A DNA stretch of 57,836 bases from Chiloscyllium plagiosum (lineage: Eukaryota). The notes beneath the pieces are model-generated. The model was given only the letters and a program-made list of their open reading frames with translations. It was not told where the DNA came from and made no database searches. The stretch is taken from the NCBI RefSeq assembly GCF_004010195.1, contig NC_057753.1, positions 14,052,485-14,110,320 of the forward strand, written 5' to 3'. A program made the position numbers and the translations under genes. This document shows positions 13,271-27,052 of the stretch, piece after piece. The stretch's first letter is position 1, and each line of letters opens with the position of its first letter.

Positions 13271-15089
13271 CTATCTACTTGACAATGTGCTTGGCAGCAT
13301 GCATGTTTCTGAATGACAGTCTAAACGTCTTACTTTTTTTATATTGAAGTGGTAGGAAGTGTTTGAAATAGATGGTAGATTTAAGCATTCATCACACATT
13401 TCAAATAACATAAATCTGATGATTATTCATCTTAGTGATAGCGATGCTTTCGTAACAAACTGCACTGTTAAATTCATTCCCAGTGCAAATTAACTGTGCA
13501 TCATCCTCACAAGTTTTTCAGGTAAAGGCCATTTTGTTCGAAGTATGTTAGATTTTATATGAGGCCAAGGGACCCCCATTCATTCTGGGTCTCAGAGCAT
13601 AATCATACATGATATATCTGTCATCTTCATATCTTACATGGGCATTCGGAAAATGCCCTCTGCCAACTTCAATTTCCTCTTGAAGTGTTCAAAGTTGTCT
13701 CCTTCTTGCCATGCCAATAGGCGTTGAACAGACAGTGAGAACCTGGCACTTATAATGGTGGTGCCAGAATACAGCATACATATTTATTGCAATATATGCA
13801 GCATAATGCTGAATCTTCACCTGCTTCTGTGCCCACGTCATTATTGACTGGGATACGCAGTGTCCTTGTTTTCAGTGCAAAGATTTGGACACGCTGACTT
13901 GTGTACAATAACCGGCAGATACGAACGCAGAGATGTGCTAACAAATGCAAGCAGAAAAATCACCATGTTTGAATATAACATCTATTGTCATATTGAGATT
14001 TGACAAAGATGTTTGGTTGAGATGGTTATGAAATAAGTCCTTTGAATATTGATATGCAAAGACGTTTCATGATCGTGAGACGCCCATTAAATCTAAAATA
14101 AGACAGTCTGCAGAGAGAGTTGAAGACACCATGAGGGAACCGTTGTTATTGAAAAAAAAAACACTGAAACATGGGCCTGGGTATGACGTAACACACCAAT
14201 AGAAACAAAGACAGATACCAACAGCCACAGATACACAGACAATCTTAACAGACGCACAGAATATCTCATCAAGCACGCAGATAAATACTGGTATGGATCA
14301 ATTATGGTAGACATGAGCAATACCTTCCATAAGCATACCAAGCAGTGAATGTCGTGTGTGATAAGTCCATCTATTTGATTTTACAATCAATTTATAAAAT
14401 ATATGATCAACACAAATGGTGCACCAGACGTAAACGCTGAAGAAATCAGCAACTAAGTTGAGGGGCCACAGATACCACCAACCCCCTCTTTCTATTTTTC
14501 TATTCACTCGTGCACGTGGCAGGCTGAGCCAGGATGTGTTTCCTGCCCCGAATCGCTTTTGAAAGAATGGTGCATTGCATTGCTGAACTGCTGCATGCCA
14601 CGTGTTCTTAGTTGAATTATGGGAAGTCCTGCAGAAAAGCGTAAACAAAATGATTACATTAATCATCAATTAGAAGTACTGAATGAATGTTCCATTGGTG
14701 CCTCCTCCTCTGATTCCAGGTAGCAGATGTTAGTCTTCCACAATTTGATTAACTCTAATTTTCTTTAGTAATGGTTGGCTGCACTCTTTGAAAAGAAAGC
14801 AACAGCGCTGACAACGTTCATGAAATACTCTTCCAGAAAATCTGAGCTCAAGCCAAGCTGTTCTAGTACAGCAACGATGCTGGAATCGAACCAACATTGT
14901 TGAAGTCTGCGCAGCTGTGTTCATTACCTGAAAGAGCCGCGGCAAATCCACACTAAACAATTGCCAGCCTGCTAGTCCATCCTTGATGACTGTTAAAGAG
15001 AATTGAGAAATAATCGACAGTGCAAAAAACATATATTTATGTAGAAACAACCTGATAAGTTGCTCGTAGTTTCCTTGATACGAAAGTCA

Positions 15090-15860
15090 CACCAATTCCG
15101 ACATGAATTCAGTCTCGTTTCAACATGTGCACGTTAGAGGATCAGAGGTTTCCTTCAGAAAAGGGCATTGCTGGAGTAAAACCCCATCTGCCATTCATCT
15201 ACCCATCTGACCAACCTTTTGAAATATTCCTGCAAATTAAGACTTTCTTAAACTCCATTAACCACACTGTCCCTTGTGTCCTTTACAAATGTACGTACAC
15301 TCGCCTCAAAACCTAATCTATATCGTTTACATATACGTCATAAACAATAAAGGACTCATCACTGATCTTTGTTACACCACTGCAACACTGAGCTCCATTT
15401 ACACAAACAGGCCATGACTGTCATTCCGGCTCTCCTACCAATAAGCCAGTCCTAAATCCAAATTGTCATATTATCGTTGATCCCGTCTGAGTTTACAATC
15501 ATTTTCAATCTCCTATGTGGGCTTTGCTGAAATGCATAAAAATAACAGCAACGACATCTGTGCAACGGACTTTATCTACATAAGTGTCTCCTCATCAACA
15601 AATTCAATTAATATGTTAGAAATTACTTCCTTCAGACAAAGCCATACTGATTATCTCTGTTGAAACCAAATCTCTTCTAATCGAGATTAATGCTGCATTT
15701 CAGTATATTCTCCAATGATTTCTCTAACATTGATTTTGTAAACACTACATCGTAATTTTCTGGTTTATCCCTATCATCCTTCTAAAAAATTGAATCACAT
15801 TTTCTTTTCTCTCGTCAACTGACAACTTCCCTGTAGCCAGCGAGAAATTAAATGTTTTAT
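15090..15860 (-). mobile_element. Highly decayed CR1-type LINE RT fragment
   Basis: Nucleotide similarity by eye to the CR1 RT region at 3150-3830. Confidence 0.5.
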
Positions 15861-16459
15861 TCAGGTCACTGTGTGTTCTTACCTCAATCCACACCAGCCT
15901 GTGTGATAATACATCTCAACCTCGAAATGATCACTTCACCTCCCTCAATAAGATTTAAATAATGCAGACTCGAGAAAAAAAATTACAGTAATTATTCACT
16001 GCGACAGTCAGTAAATCGGTGCGTTTGGAGTCACTTACCCTCCATGACAATTACTATGCTCTCAGGTCCATGGAGAATCGATAATAGTTCCAGTGGTGAC
16101 ACAGGCTTTTAAGGCAGTTCCGCAATGCTCAACTCTCGAACCCTGGAGGAAGTATGCTTTTCTGCTTTATTTATTTGGACAACCTATCACCATGTGCTGG
16201 AGATCTGCTTTCTCTACAAGTCTGGATCTTCTGGAGGCAATGCAATTCTTGGAAAGGATGACATTAGTTGAGACTGCAATAAATACAGTGCATCTGAGAG
16301 ACTGACACTTCTTACAGTTAACAGTTTCGGGAGTTTGCGTCACTCAAAAAACAGAGAAGGGTTACTTTGTGGAGCCAAGAATAAAACATGTTGAGGGCAA
16401 ATGTTTGGCCCAGGAGGATCCCACACTCGTTCTTCTTCCGACAGCAACAAGAGTTCTTT

Positions 16460-17280
16460 GGTATTGTCAAAAACATGGCACGTGGAGTACAATGTGGGAA
16501 AGCGCAAGGTGCAATTTGGTAAGAAGAATGGAGGCATGGACTATTTTCAAACTGGGGAGTAAATTCAGAAGAATGAAATGCAAAGACAGTTCAGAGATCG
16601 AGTCCATAACTCTCTCAAGGTAAACTTGAAGACTGAATCAATCATTAGGAAAGCATTTGCGATGATAGCATTTATTTTGAGAGGACTTGAATATAAAAGC
16701 AGAGATGAACTTCTGATGGTCGCTACAAGTCTCTGTACAGACCAGATTTGCTGTACTGTGCGTAGTTTTGGGCCCCTTGTCGGAGGATGGATGTTCTGGC
16801 CCTGGCGCATTTTCAGAGGAGGTTCACAAGATTTGTCCCAGGAATTAAAGTTTTAACATATGAGGAACGTTTGAGGACTCTAAGTTTATACTCGATGCAT
16901 TTGAGAAGGTGAGAGCGGATCTCATTGAAAGTTACAGAATATTGAATGTCTGGACAGAGTAGTTGATGGGAAGATATTGCCATTGGAATGAGAGACGAAG
17001 ACCGGAGTGCGTAGTCTTAGAATAAAAGTAAGATATTTTAGAGCAGAAGCAAGGAGAAACTTCTTCAGCTGGAGTTGTCAGTCATGGAATTCATTGCCAC
17101 ACAAGACTGTGGAGGTCTGTTCATGGGATATCTTTAAGATTGAGATAACTGGGTTCTTGAGTATGAAGGGGATCAAGGGTTACGGGGTGAAAGCAGAAGT
17201 TTGAAAAACTAGTCAGCCATCAGCCATCATTGATGGGTGGAGCAGACTCAATTCCTATTGCTATGCCGTATGGTCTTACG
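16460..17280 (+). mobile_element. CR1-type LINE 3' fragment
   Basis: VHNSLKV...IRKAFAMIAFILRGLEYKSRDELL and WNSLPHKTVE...KGIKGYG. Confidence 0.85.
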
Positions 17281-17932
17281 TTCTTATTGAATTCACTGGA
17301 GGGATGCTGATGCAATGCTTAATGGACAGAAGGCACATCGGTTCCGTGATATTTTCCATGTAGACACAAATGAAAAAAAAAATACACTAAGAATAAATTT
17401 TCACTGTCATTTTAGAAAATGTTTTGAGAATACTTTCCCAATGCAAATATGCATCGAAACCATGATTTCGATTTTGAGTAATGATTAATTTTCCCTTCCA
17501 TATCATACACAATTCGGAGATACAGTCACCGAAAATGAATTGCCACAACGACTGTCAATTGGTATTAGGTAACACATATTTTTAAAATTCATTATGAGGA
17601 CGTGAATGTCACGGTCTTCATTCCTACCTCTCCTTGATTGCATGGTCTTGAGTTGCATTCTTCATTTCTGTAGATCATTTAGTTTGAGGGTTGCTGCAAA
17701 AAGCATGGTAAGTATGAAGTGGAGCATCCTCACTATCATGCAAATTGTTTCTGAAAAGGCAACACACTAAATTAAGCTCCGTGGACGTGTAATTGTCAAA
17801 TGCTTCTGATATCATCAGAATACGTGGGGAAATATCTATTTAATATTCGAATCAGGCACGAAACAGGTGGAAAATGATAGTTTGCTCGCAGTTAATATCT
17901 TAAAATCAGAATATCTCTGATTTGGATTGTAT

Positions 17933-20545
17933 TAGAACATACAACATAGAACAATACAGCACAGAACAGGCCCTTCGGCCCACGATGTTGTGCCAAACAT
18001 TTGTCCTAGCTTAAGCACCTATCCATGTACCTATCCAGTTGCCACTTAAAAGTCACCAATGATTCTGACTCTTCCACTCCCACAGGCAGCGCATTCCATG
18101 CCCCCACCACTCTCTGGGTAAAGAACCTACCCCTGACATCCCCCCTAAACCTTCCACCCTTCACCTTAAATTTATGTCCCCTTGTAACACTCTGTTGTAC
18201 CCGGGGAAAAAGTCTCTGACTGTCTACTCTATCTATGCCCCGATCATCTTATAAATCTCTATAAAGTCACCTCTCATCCTTCGCCGTTCCAATGAGAAAA
18301 GGCCTAGCACTCTCAACCTATCCTCATACGACCTATTCTCCATTCCAGGCAACATTCTGGTAAATCTCCTCTGGTAAATCTCCAAAGCTTCCACATCTTT
18401 CCTAAAATGAGGAGACCAGAACTGCACACAGTACTCCAAATGTGGCCTTACCAAGGTCCTATACAGCTGCAACATCACCTCACGACTCTTGAAATCAATC
18501 CCTCTGCTAATGAACGCTAATACACCATAGGCCTTCTTACAAGCTCTATCTACCCGAGTGGCAACTTTCAAAGATCTATGAACATAGACCCCAAGATCAA
18601 TCTGCTCCTCCATCTTACTAAGAATCCTACCGTTAACCCTGTATTCCGCATTCTTATTTGTCCTTCCAAAATGAACAACCTCACACTTGACAGGGTTGAA
18701 CTCCATCTGCCACTCCTCAGCCCAGCTCTGCATCATATCTAATTCGCTTTTCAGCCGACAACAGCCCTCCTCACTATGCACAACTCCACCAACCTTCGTA
18801 TCGCCTGCAAATTTACTGACCCACCCTTCGACTCCCTCTTCCAAGTCATTAATAAAAATTACAAACAGCAGAGGACCCAGAACTGATCCCTACGGAACTC
18901 CACTTGTAACTGGGCCCCAGGCTGAATATTTACCATCTACCACCACTCTCTCACCTTAACCTATGCCTTTTAGTTTTAGATTCCCCTACCCTGGGGATAA
19001 AGACCTTGGCTTTTCACCCTATCCATGCCCCTCATGATTTTATAAACCTCTATAAAGTCACCACAGCCTCCAACACTCCAGGGAAAGTAGCCCCAGCCTA
19101 TTCAGCCTCTCCCTATAACAAAACACCTCCAGTCCTGGCAACATCTGTGTAAATCTTTTCTGCACCCTCTCAAGTTTAACAACATTTTTCCTATAGAAGG
19201 GTGACCAGAATTGGAGACGGTATTCTAAAAGTGGCCTCACCAATGTTGTGTACAGCCATTGCTTCATTAATCACATATACTTCAGCTTTTCTATGAGATC
19301 AATTGTATTTGTCACTACCATAATTAGTTTATAATTTATTAAAGGAATAATGGTCACATTAACACAGATTCTTAGCATACCTTCTCAAAGGTCAATCCGT
19401 GCTGGCTGTCCCTAATCAAGCAGTGTCTTTCCAGATACTCATAAATCCTATCCATCAGTACCCTTTCCATTACTTTGCCTACCACGGAAGTAAGACTAAC
19501 TGGCCTGTAATTCTCGGGGTTATCCCTATTCCCTTTTTTGAACCCTGTCAAGTGTGAGGTTTTTTGAACATTCGCCACTCTCCAGTCCCCTGGCACCACC
19601 CCCATTGACAGTGAAGACGAAAAGATCATTGCCAACAGTTCTGCAATTTCCTCTCTTGTTTCCCACATAATCTTAGGATATATCCTGTCAGGGCCGGGGG
19701 ACTTGTCTATCCTCAAGTTTCTCGAAATGCCCAACACATCTTCCTTCCTAACAAGTATCTCCTCGAGCTTACCAGTCTGTTTCATACTCCCTTCTTCAAC
19801 AAGAAGGTCCCTCTCATTTGTAAATACTGAAGAAAAGTACTCATTCAAGACGTCTCCTATCTCTTCCGATCTACTGTCCTTGATCGGACCTACCCTCGTT
19901 CTCGTCATTCTCATGTTTCACACATACGCATAAAAGGCCTTGGGGTTATCCTGATCCTACCCGCCAAAGATTTTTCATGCCCTCTCATAGCTCTCCTAAT
20001 CCCTTTCTTCAGCTCCCTCCTGGCTGTCCTGTATCCCTCCACTGCTCTGTCTGAACTTTGTTTCCTCAACTTTATGTAAGCCTCCTTCTTCTTCCTTACA
20101 AGACATTCAACCTCCCCCGTCAACCAAGACTCCCTCACACGACCATCTCTTTCGTGACTGACAGGTACATACATATCAAGGATACGTCGTATCTGTTCTT
20201 TGAAAAAGTTCCACATTTCAACGACATCCTTCCCTGACCGCCTATGCTCCCAATTTATGCTCCTCAGATCCTGTCTTGCAGCTTCGTATTTATCCTTCCC
20301 CCAGTTGTAAAACGTGCCCTGTTGCACGCACCTATCTCTCTCCATAACCAAGGTGAAAGTCACAGAATTGTGGTCACCATCACCAAAATGCTCACCCACT
20401 AACAAGCCCCTCACTTGTCCCGGTTCGCGACCAAGTACCAAATCCAATATGGCCTCCCCTCTGGTCGGACAATCTACATACTGAGTTAGAAAAGCTTCCT
20501 GGACACAATGCACAAACACCATCCCGTCCAATCTACTTGATCTAA
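17933..20545 (-). mobile_element. Composite CR1-type LINE: relatively young copy (17933-18950 and 19375-20545) interrupted by a different CR1 subfamily fragment (18951-19260)
   Basis: ORFs 19911..20531 (PTRGEAILDLVL...GDGDH, endonuclease), 19372..19914 (KSPGPD, NYRPVSLTSVVGK, SQHG) and 18233..18844 (SKFAGDTK, LVRPHLEYCVQFWSP). (agaacat)-type tail. Confidence 0.92.
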
Positions 20546-21499
20546 TTTATTTTCTGTAACCTTCTGTATTCATTCTGTCAACTTCTTTTGCACCATGCAG
20601 AGCTCTACGTTTGATGGTTAGCCCGTCCCTGGTTATTTCTGTATTGGTCTCTGGAATATCATATTAGTTTCTGAATTTTTGTTAAACGAATTCGTTTTGA
20701 TTGCATTTATTGCTAGCGTTCTTATTTTTAAACGAGATAATTTATTTGTTAAATTACACTGAACCTGTTTCTATTTAGATTATACTTCACATATTCTCAT
20801 TTGATACTTAGCACATCCCGCCTTGTTTCTGTTACACTGCCCTCTGTAACAAGTCATAGAACACCGGGACATGCACTTTCTGCAGTCCACACGAAACTTG
20901 GTACTATTTCTATTAGAATACAGATCATTTTTGTTTTCATTGTGATAGACAATGCCTCCTTGTTTTTGCAATACGCTACCTATTTTCTCTACAAATACTG
21001 CCCATTATCTTGTTTCCGTTCCCATTGTGTTATGGCTGTCCGCACTTTGTGGCAGTTTGTGACACTAGAGCAAATGTTTATATTGCATACATCTCCCCGA
21101 TTAGACCTGAACCTGTCGGCATGCCTCGCAAAATTACTTGACATGGTCATATTGCAATATACATGACACCATAGGTCTTACCTCCATGAAGTTTTATTGA
21201 GCGATTCCTTTGATCCAATTGAATTGGAAAACACTCGAGAGTACATGAGCTAACAATACAGGGGGCCTGGACGTGATTACTACTGCTATTGTTAATTACA
21301 CTATTCACTGTTACTGATTTGATTACAGTCAATTCTGTCTCAATTATTACTGCGCTACATTAGGCATAAATGAATGTTATATTGACTGTGCCTCCTTTTG
21401 CATCACACTTCGTGCTATTATTTCTAAGTCGTGTCTTGCACTAATGCTCCATGTCTTCATCTCTTATCCCATTACACAGTGTCAACTGTTCACTCACCC

Positions 21500-21890
21500 T
21501 ATACATATGAAGAATAATGTGGAAAAGTGAGATTATTTAGTCACTTTGGCAGAAGAACCGCATGCGTGGACTTAAATTGTAAGGGGTTGGATAGCGAAAA
21601 TGTCTAAAAGGACATGGGCCTTTTTCCAAAAGTAACTGAAGGTGTGCATGCGGCTGAAGAAGATATTAAGAAGGATGATCGAAAGGCAGCCTGTATTGTG
21701 ATAGAGTTTGAGAGCAAGTGTAGTGATGATTTGATTCAGGTGTATTTGGACAGTTAAATGCGTTGGAAAGATTTCCAGGGATGTGGGCTAAATTCAGGCA
21801 ATTGGAAAAGGTTTACTTTGGGAAAATAAATTAGCATGGACGAGTTTGATCAAAGGATATGTTTCCCTCCTATATGGATCTATGAATGTA
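21500..21890 (+). mobile_element. Decayed CR1-type LINE fragments
   Basis: Similarity to the CR1 3' region and tail (gcatggacgagtttgatcaaagg...ctatg). Confidence 0.55.
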
Positions 21891-21987
21891 TGCCCCTCAC
21901 ATTGCTTCGAAAACATCGAGAGAACCTCGGTGCATTTTTTTCTCAGCCTAATCTCGTGAAAGATAATATTGTCACACACGAGTGCAA

Positions 21988-22322
21988 TAGAACATAGAAT
22001 ATAGAAGAATACAGCGCAGTAAAGGCCCTTAGGCCCTCGATGTTGCGCCGATCCAAGCCCACCTAACCTCCACTAGCCCACTATTCTCCATATGCCTATC
22101 CAATCCCCGCTTAAATGCCCATAATGAGGGAGAGTCCACCACTGCTACTGGCAGGGCATTCCATGAACTCACGACTCGCTGAGTAAAGAACCTACCCCAT
22201 ACATCTGTCCTATACCTACCCCACCCCCCTTAATTTAAAGCTATGCCCCCTTGTAATAGCTGACTCCATATCTGGAAAAAGATTCTCACTGTCGACCCTA
22301 TCTAAACCCCTAATCATCTTGT
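21988..22322 (-). mobile_element. CR1-type LINE 3' end
   Basis: (atagaac)-type tail and similarity to 17933-18250. Confidence 0.85.
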
Positions 22323-22487
22323 GGGGTATATCAGGGTGTTACAGTGTTACAGTGAGGAGTGTGGGGTATATCAGGGTGTTACAGTGAGAGCTGTGGGGTA
22401 TATCAGGGTGTTACAATGAGAGGTGTGGGGTATATCAGGGTGTTACAGTGAGGGGTGTGGGGTATATCAGGGTGTTACAGTGAGGGG
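22321..22487 (+). repeat. G-rich 32-bp minisatellite, 5 copies (GTGGGGTATATCAGGGTGTTACAGTGAGRGST)
   Basis: Unit starts at 22321, 22361, 22393, 22425 and 22457. The first unit carries an 8-nt internal duplication. Confidence 0.95.
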
Positions 22488-23664
22488 CAATGAACGCACT
22501 CCAGATTTTTTTCCAAACTGTGACACGGACTTATGAATTGAGGCAAACTCGGCACATATTCTCGAGAGTTCAAACACAATGAAAGGTGATCACAATGAAA
22601 TTCACAATGTACTTTGGCGGGTGGACATACTGGAGGTTTCAAATAGATGGGAGTCTAGAATTATGTCACTATTCGAAACTGAAGTAATTGCCTCTGAGTT
22701 CTGATCTGGAAAGAAATATTTTTTATCGATGATTAGAATACCTTCGAACTCTCTACTCCAGAGGACCGTGGATGCTCAGTCTTTGACCATGTTTAAAGTA
22801 GAGTGGGGTATGTTTCTAATCATTAAAGAGGTGCAAGGTTATTGGATTGGGGGAGAATAAAATTCGACATGGTGGATGCATGCCAATCCCTCACAATATA
22901 CGTACGAAGAAGGAGAAGGAAAAATAGAAGCAGAAACTATAGAATGCGTCAAAGAGTTACCATCCTAACGTCTCAAACAAAAAAAAAATGTCGATTTATC
23001 GGAATGCTATTAACAAAATAACTATCGTTGAATAGAGGAAAGAAACGCAAGAAATTATAGTTAGGATGCAGTAAGTCAGAAATAAGCTGCTGAAGCTTGA
23101 AAAAAAATAAACACAAACATACCAATAATAATGTGAATGTTGAACACAGAGAGACAACACTAAAGTTTCAAACAGCATTGTTAAGGACAACAAATTCGCA
23201 AAAATGTTTTTTTTTACAACACATATGCTGAGCAATATAATAATGAGGAAAGAGGAAAGTGACCTATGATACGGCCCAGCTAGTCATAGCTGTACCAGAT
23301 GGGAGCAACACTTTAGATTGATACTGCAAAATCAGGGCACTGCAGTCAAGCAGTTAGATTTTTTTTTAAAAATCAATAAAGTGAATGACATATTAGAAAG
23401 GAGATTGCAATAGATTGGGGGGGTCAAGAGAAGGGGAGGGAGGGTGGGAGCGAGTGTTTGCCAACGACACTGATAGGTGGAAATAGAGACTGAACACAGA
23501 AAGCATGGCTGAGCATCAAGGAATCGTCGAAACTTGAGAATGAACGTTTTGGGACTATAGTCAAGCAAACCAAATGCAAAACCTTTTAATGAAAGTTTGC
23601 TAAAAATTAGTACCTAATGAGACAACGTGATACAAATAAAAGAGGGAAACTTTTATTTTTCTTT

Positions 23665-24566
23665 TCATTGCTTTATGCAACTAGTGAAGATAGTGAAGGG
23701 AGACATCAACGTATTCTTTAGCTCCTCACGGAATTTATTCTGGGCTATTGTATATATGAAGACATTGTTGCAGGAATTGATCATTTGGAGCATGATAGTC
23801 GTCTCTTGAAGGATGTACTGAGGGTCATTGAAGTCCAGTCCACCGAAGTAACCTTCTCCTGAAATCTGTACGTACAAAAACCGTCCAACATAGGTGGCCC
23901 ACAAGAAAAGGAAACTAAGAGAGATCGCAAAAAGGAGCACAATAGATTTCTTGCGATTGGAAATCTCCTGATCACTTCGATTCTCGGCGCTCCTGATCCT
24001 TTTCCGGGCTCTGCTGGCTGCTAATATGTTAGTTACAGTGATTGCATTGAGCAGCAGAATAAGGAGAAATGGGAGAAATGGAACGAGGATGTGATCCAGC
24101 CAGTCGTAAGTCTGCCAGATGGGTGAAATATAATAGCTTGACTTGATAATGCAGAACCAGGGTACACCTTTCAGTGTGTATAATGGCCTAAAGATGAAGT
24201 AAAAGGGGGTGTTTTTGATGCAGCTCAGGATACATACGATTCCTATCACCATCGATGCAGTTTTGTGAGTGCAGTACCTGATCTTCAAGCTCTGGAAGCA
24301 AATAGCCACAAAACGGTCAAAGGTGAAAGCAACCGTTAACCAGACTGACCCATCCCGTATTGTAAAAATCAACATGGTGCTCAGTTTGCATGCAAGTGTG
24401 GTGGAAAGTAAACTGTCTCGAAAGTAAATACGGCCGATTCGATTCAGGATGCACCCATTGATGATTACAAGGAAATCAGTCACTGCTATGGCCACTAGGT
24501 AGTAGGTGATGCAACAGGACAGTCCACATCGACCTCGTGATAGGATTATAATCGCCACCACATTTG
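23665..24566 (-). CDS. GPR139/GPR142-like class A GPCR, paralog A, coding exon 2 (spliced product 323 aa)
   Basis: Acceptor ttcgttcctcacag|CA AAT GTG gives ANVVAIIILSRG. 902 nt open to TGA. Motifs: LVAIAVTDFL (TM2), C3.25, SVWLTVAFTFDRF (TM3), PFLPFLLILLLN (TM5), NNVFIY (TM7). Intron 24567-29650. Confidence 0.95.
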
Positions 24567-24734
24567 CTGTGAGGAACGAAAAGAACTGTTGTTGAAAGAA
24601 TCTTATTTTTTCAGCGAATCTTTAGCAGTAATCCTCATGCAATCTTTCGCTGTAACTTTTCTTTCCCACCTGTTTAACAACGCTAGCCATCGTCTATTTG
24701 AAAAATAATGCTCAGAATTTGGCATCTCATAATC

Positions 24735-25990
24735 AATTAATTGAATTGAATTGAAGTGAGTTGAATTGAATTGAATTTATTGACACATGTACCGAGGCAC
24801 ACTGAAAAGCTTTGTCTTGTGAGCAATACAGACAGATCACAGAGTTAACAAGCATTGATAAGCAAATAATAGGTAAATGGCAGCAGAAACAAAAACACAG
24901 GTGCAGGCGTATGTTAAGAATTTGTGAGTCCATTCAGTATTCTAACAAAAGTAGTATACAAACTTTTCGAAACTGGCTGGTGCATGTTCTCAGGCTTCTG
25001 TACTTTCTCCACGATGATAGATGTTGTAGAAAACTATTTCCAGGGTGGGATGGATCTTCGAGAAGGCTGGCAGACGTTCCTTGACAGCAGGTCTGATAGA
25101 TGGATTCTGTAGATGGGAGGTTGGCCTTTGTAATTGTCCAGGCCGAGTTCACCACTCTCTGTAACCGTGCCTGATCCGGAATGGTACAGTTGCCATAACA
25201 GGCAGTGATGACATCCAGACAGAATGCTCTCGATGGTGCACCTCTAAATGTTGATAAGGGTACTGACAGTCATGCCAAATTTCCTCAGCATCCTGAGGAG
25301 GAAGAGATATTGTAGGGCTTTTGTAACCAGTGAGTCCACATGAAGCGTCCAAGAAAACATGTTGTGAATGCCCCCTCCCAGGAGCTTGAAACTTTCCAAT
25401 CTTTCCATCTCTGTGCTGTTAATGTGTGTATGTGAGTGTGTGCGTGTGTGTGTGGGGGTGGGGTGGGGTGCGGTGCGGGGGGAGCATGAGCAAACCCCGC
25501 TGAAAGTCAATAATGACTTCCTTGATTTTGCCAGTATTGAGAGCTCGGTTGATGTGAGTGCACCATTTATCCATATCTTCCACCTTCAGTTTTGTCGCCA
25601 TCTAAGAGTTGACCAACTATAGTGGCATCATCAGCGTACTTGTAAATGGAATTAGTCTGGTATTTGGCGATGCAGTCATGGATATACAGTGAGTACAGAA
25701 CGAGGCTGAGTACGCACCCCTGGGAGGGGGGTGTCTAGTGTTGAGTGTATTTGAGAATGAAATGTTGCCCTCAGTCTTCACTGATTGTGGCTTGCAGGTC
25801 AAGACACTGCGGATCCAGTTTCAGAGAGTGGGGCTTAATCTGAAATCACTAAGTATGGTAATCAGTCTAGAGAGGATAACAGTGTTGAATGCTGAACTGG
25901 AATCAATGAGTAGGTTTTTTTACGTTGCTGTTCTTGGTGTCAAGATGTTCTAGGGAGGAGTGAAAGGCAAGTGATATGGCATCTGACGTA
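24735..25990 (-). mobile_element. Rex1/Babar-like non-LTR retrotransposon 3' half, in the intron of paralog A
   Basis: KWCTHINRALNTGKIKEVIIDF and ERLESFKLLG...SWTLHVDSLVTKALQYLFLLRMLRKFGM. YADD-type motif near 25630. (AATTC)n tail at 24735-24778. Confidence 0.8.
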
Positions 25991-27052
25991 GATGCTTGCT
26001 AATACAGAATTCTTTGCAATCTGTCCCGAGCACACACTCCATCCTCTGTTCATGATGGCAAGAAATGTGGGTAGTTCCCAAACTTAGAGACATCCAAGCC
26101 AGTAACCGCCCATAGCCCTCTTTCTTAAAACCCCATTCATTCGTCAAGCGTACACTTAATGAAATACATTGATTTTTGATTTTAACAGTCTCTTTGCTCA
26201 ATTGTGACTGTGGGAATGTTCAATTCAACTTTGGCTGTAAGACCATTACCCACTGATCCTTATTGGGATTAGCAAATGTGCACATGTTTTAGTTCCTCAA
26301 GGATGTATTTTCTTTTCTGGACTGCCTTGGAAGAAACATTGTTTTTTTTTTATTTTAGTATTGGGTAGTTACTGGACCACGCAGAGTATGAGCATATTTT
26401 ATGTCTTTATCTATTTTTGTCACAATCAGGGTGCACTTAAAATACTTTTTTAAAAGGCATTGTATCAGCCGCTTCATTCATCATCTTGCAAATTTTGACT
26501 GCCAATGTGTATGTCCTGTATTTTTTTTTTAATTCTTCTGACTGTTCATCTGATTATGTACCTGACTTCCTTGCATTATGGATGAGTAATTGCTTTGCCT
26601 TTGTAGCAAATGGTTGCCTTTATTCATTCTTATTCCAGAGAGCTTTTGTTTTGCCAACATATGAAAAATGTATGATCACTCTCAGATCATCTATTTTCCT
26701 AAGTGTGATCATTCAATGATATTTCTTCCTGTGAACTTATGACTGTATTGAAGACATTTCAATTGTTTGTCAGAACATCGTTCTCATCACAAATTATTCA
26801 CTTTTGTTTCCAATGCTTTATATTAGGGCAAAGTAGTAGTGCCCAAATTTTGAAGAAGGTAAGATTTGGGTTCAGATCGCAACTGATCCAATAGAGTGCA
26901 CCAACATCTCTCAAGTGGTTAATTGAAAATACTAGAATTTTCCACTGGATGGCTTTTGTGGCAGAATGTCAGTTTCCCTCATGCTCTTGCAAGAAATACA
27001 GAAGTTCAACTAACAACAAGATAAATCATCATTAGGTTAACAAGTCGCTAAA

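Noticed and set aside
18233..20531. 180-206 aa ORFs as host genes
   Set aside because: Broken CR1 ORF2 pieces; the RT catalytic motif is mutated (FAGD instead of FADD).
22321..22487. CRISPR-like appearance of ~32-bp repeats
   Set aside because: Head-to-tail tandem units with no unique spacers, no cas genes, and a eukaryotic context.
1..23600. Additional GPR139-like gene or pseudogene in the first 23 kb
   Set aside because: No SRGxCGLS, SVWLTV, DRF or NNVFIY-like remnants found by eye. A highly decayed copy cannot be excluded without TBLASTN.
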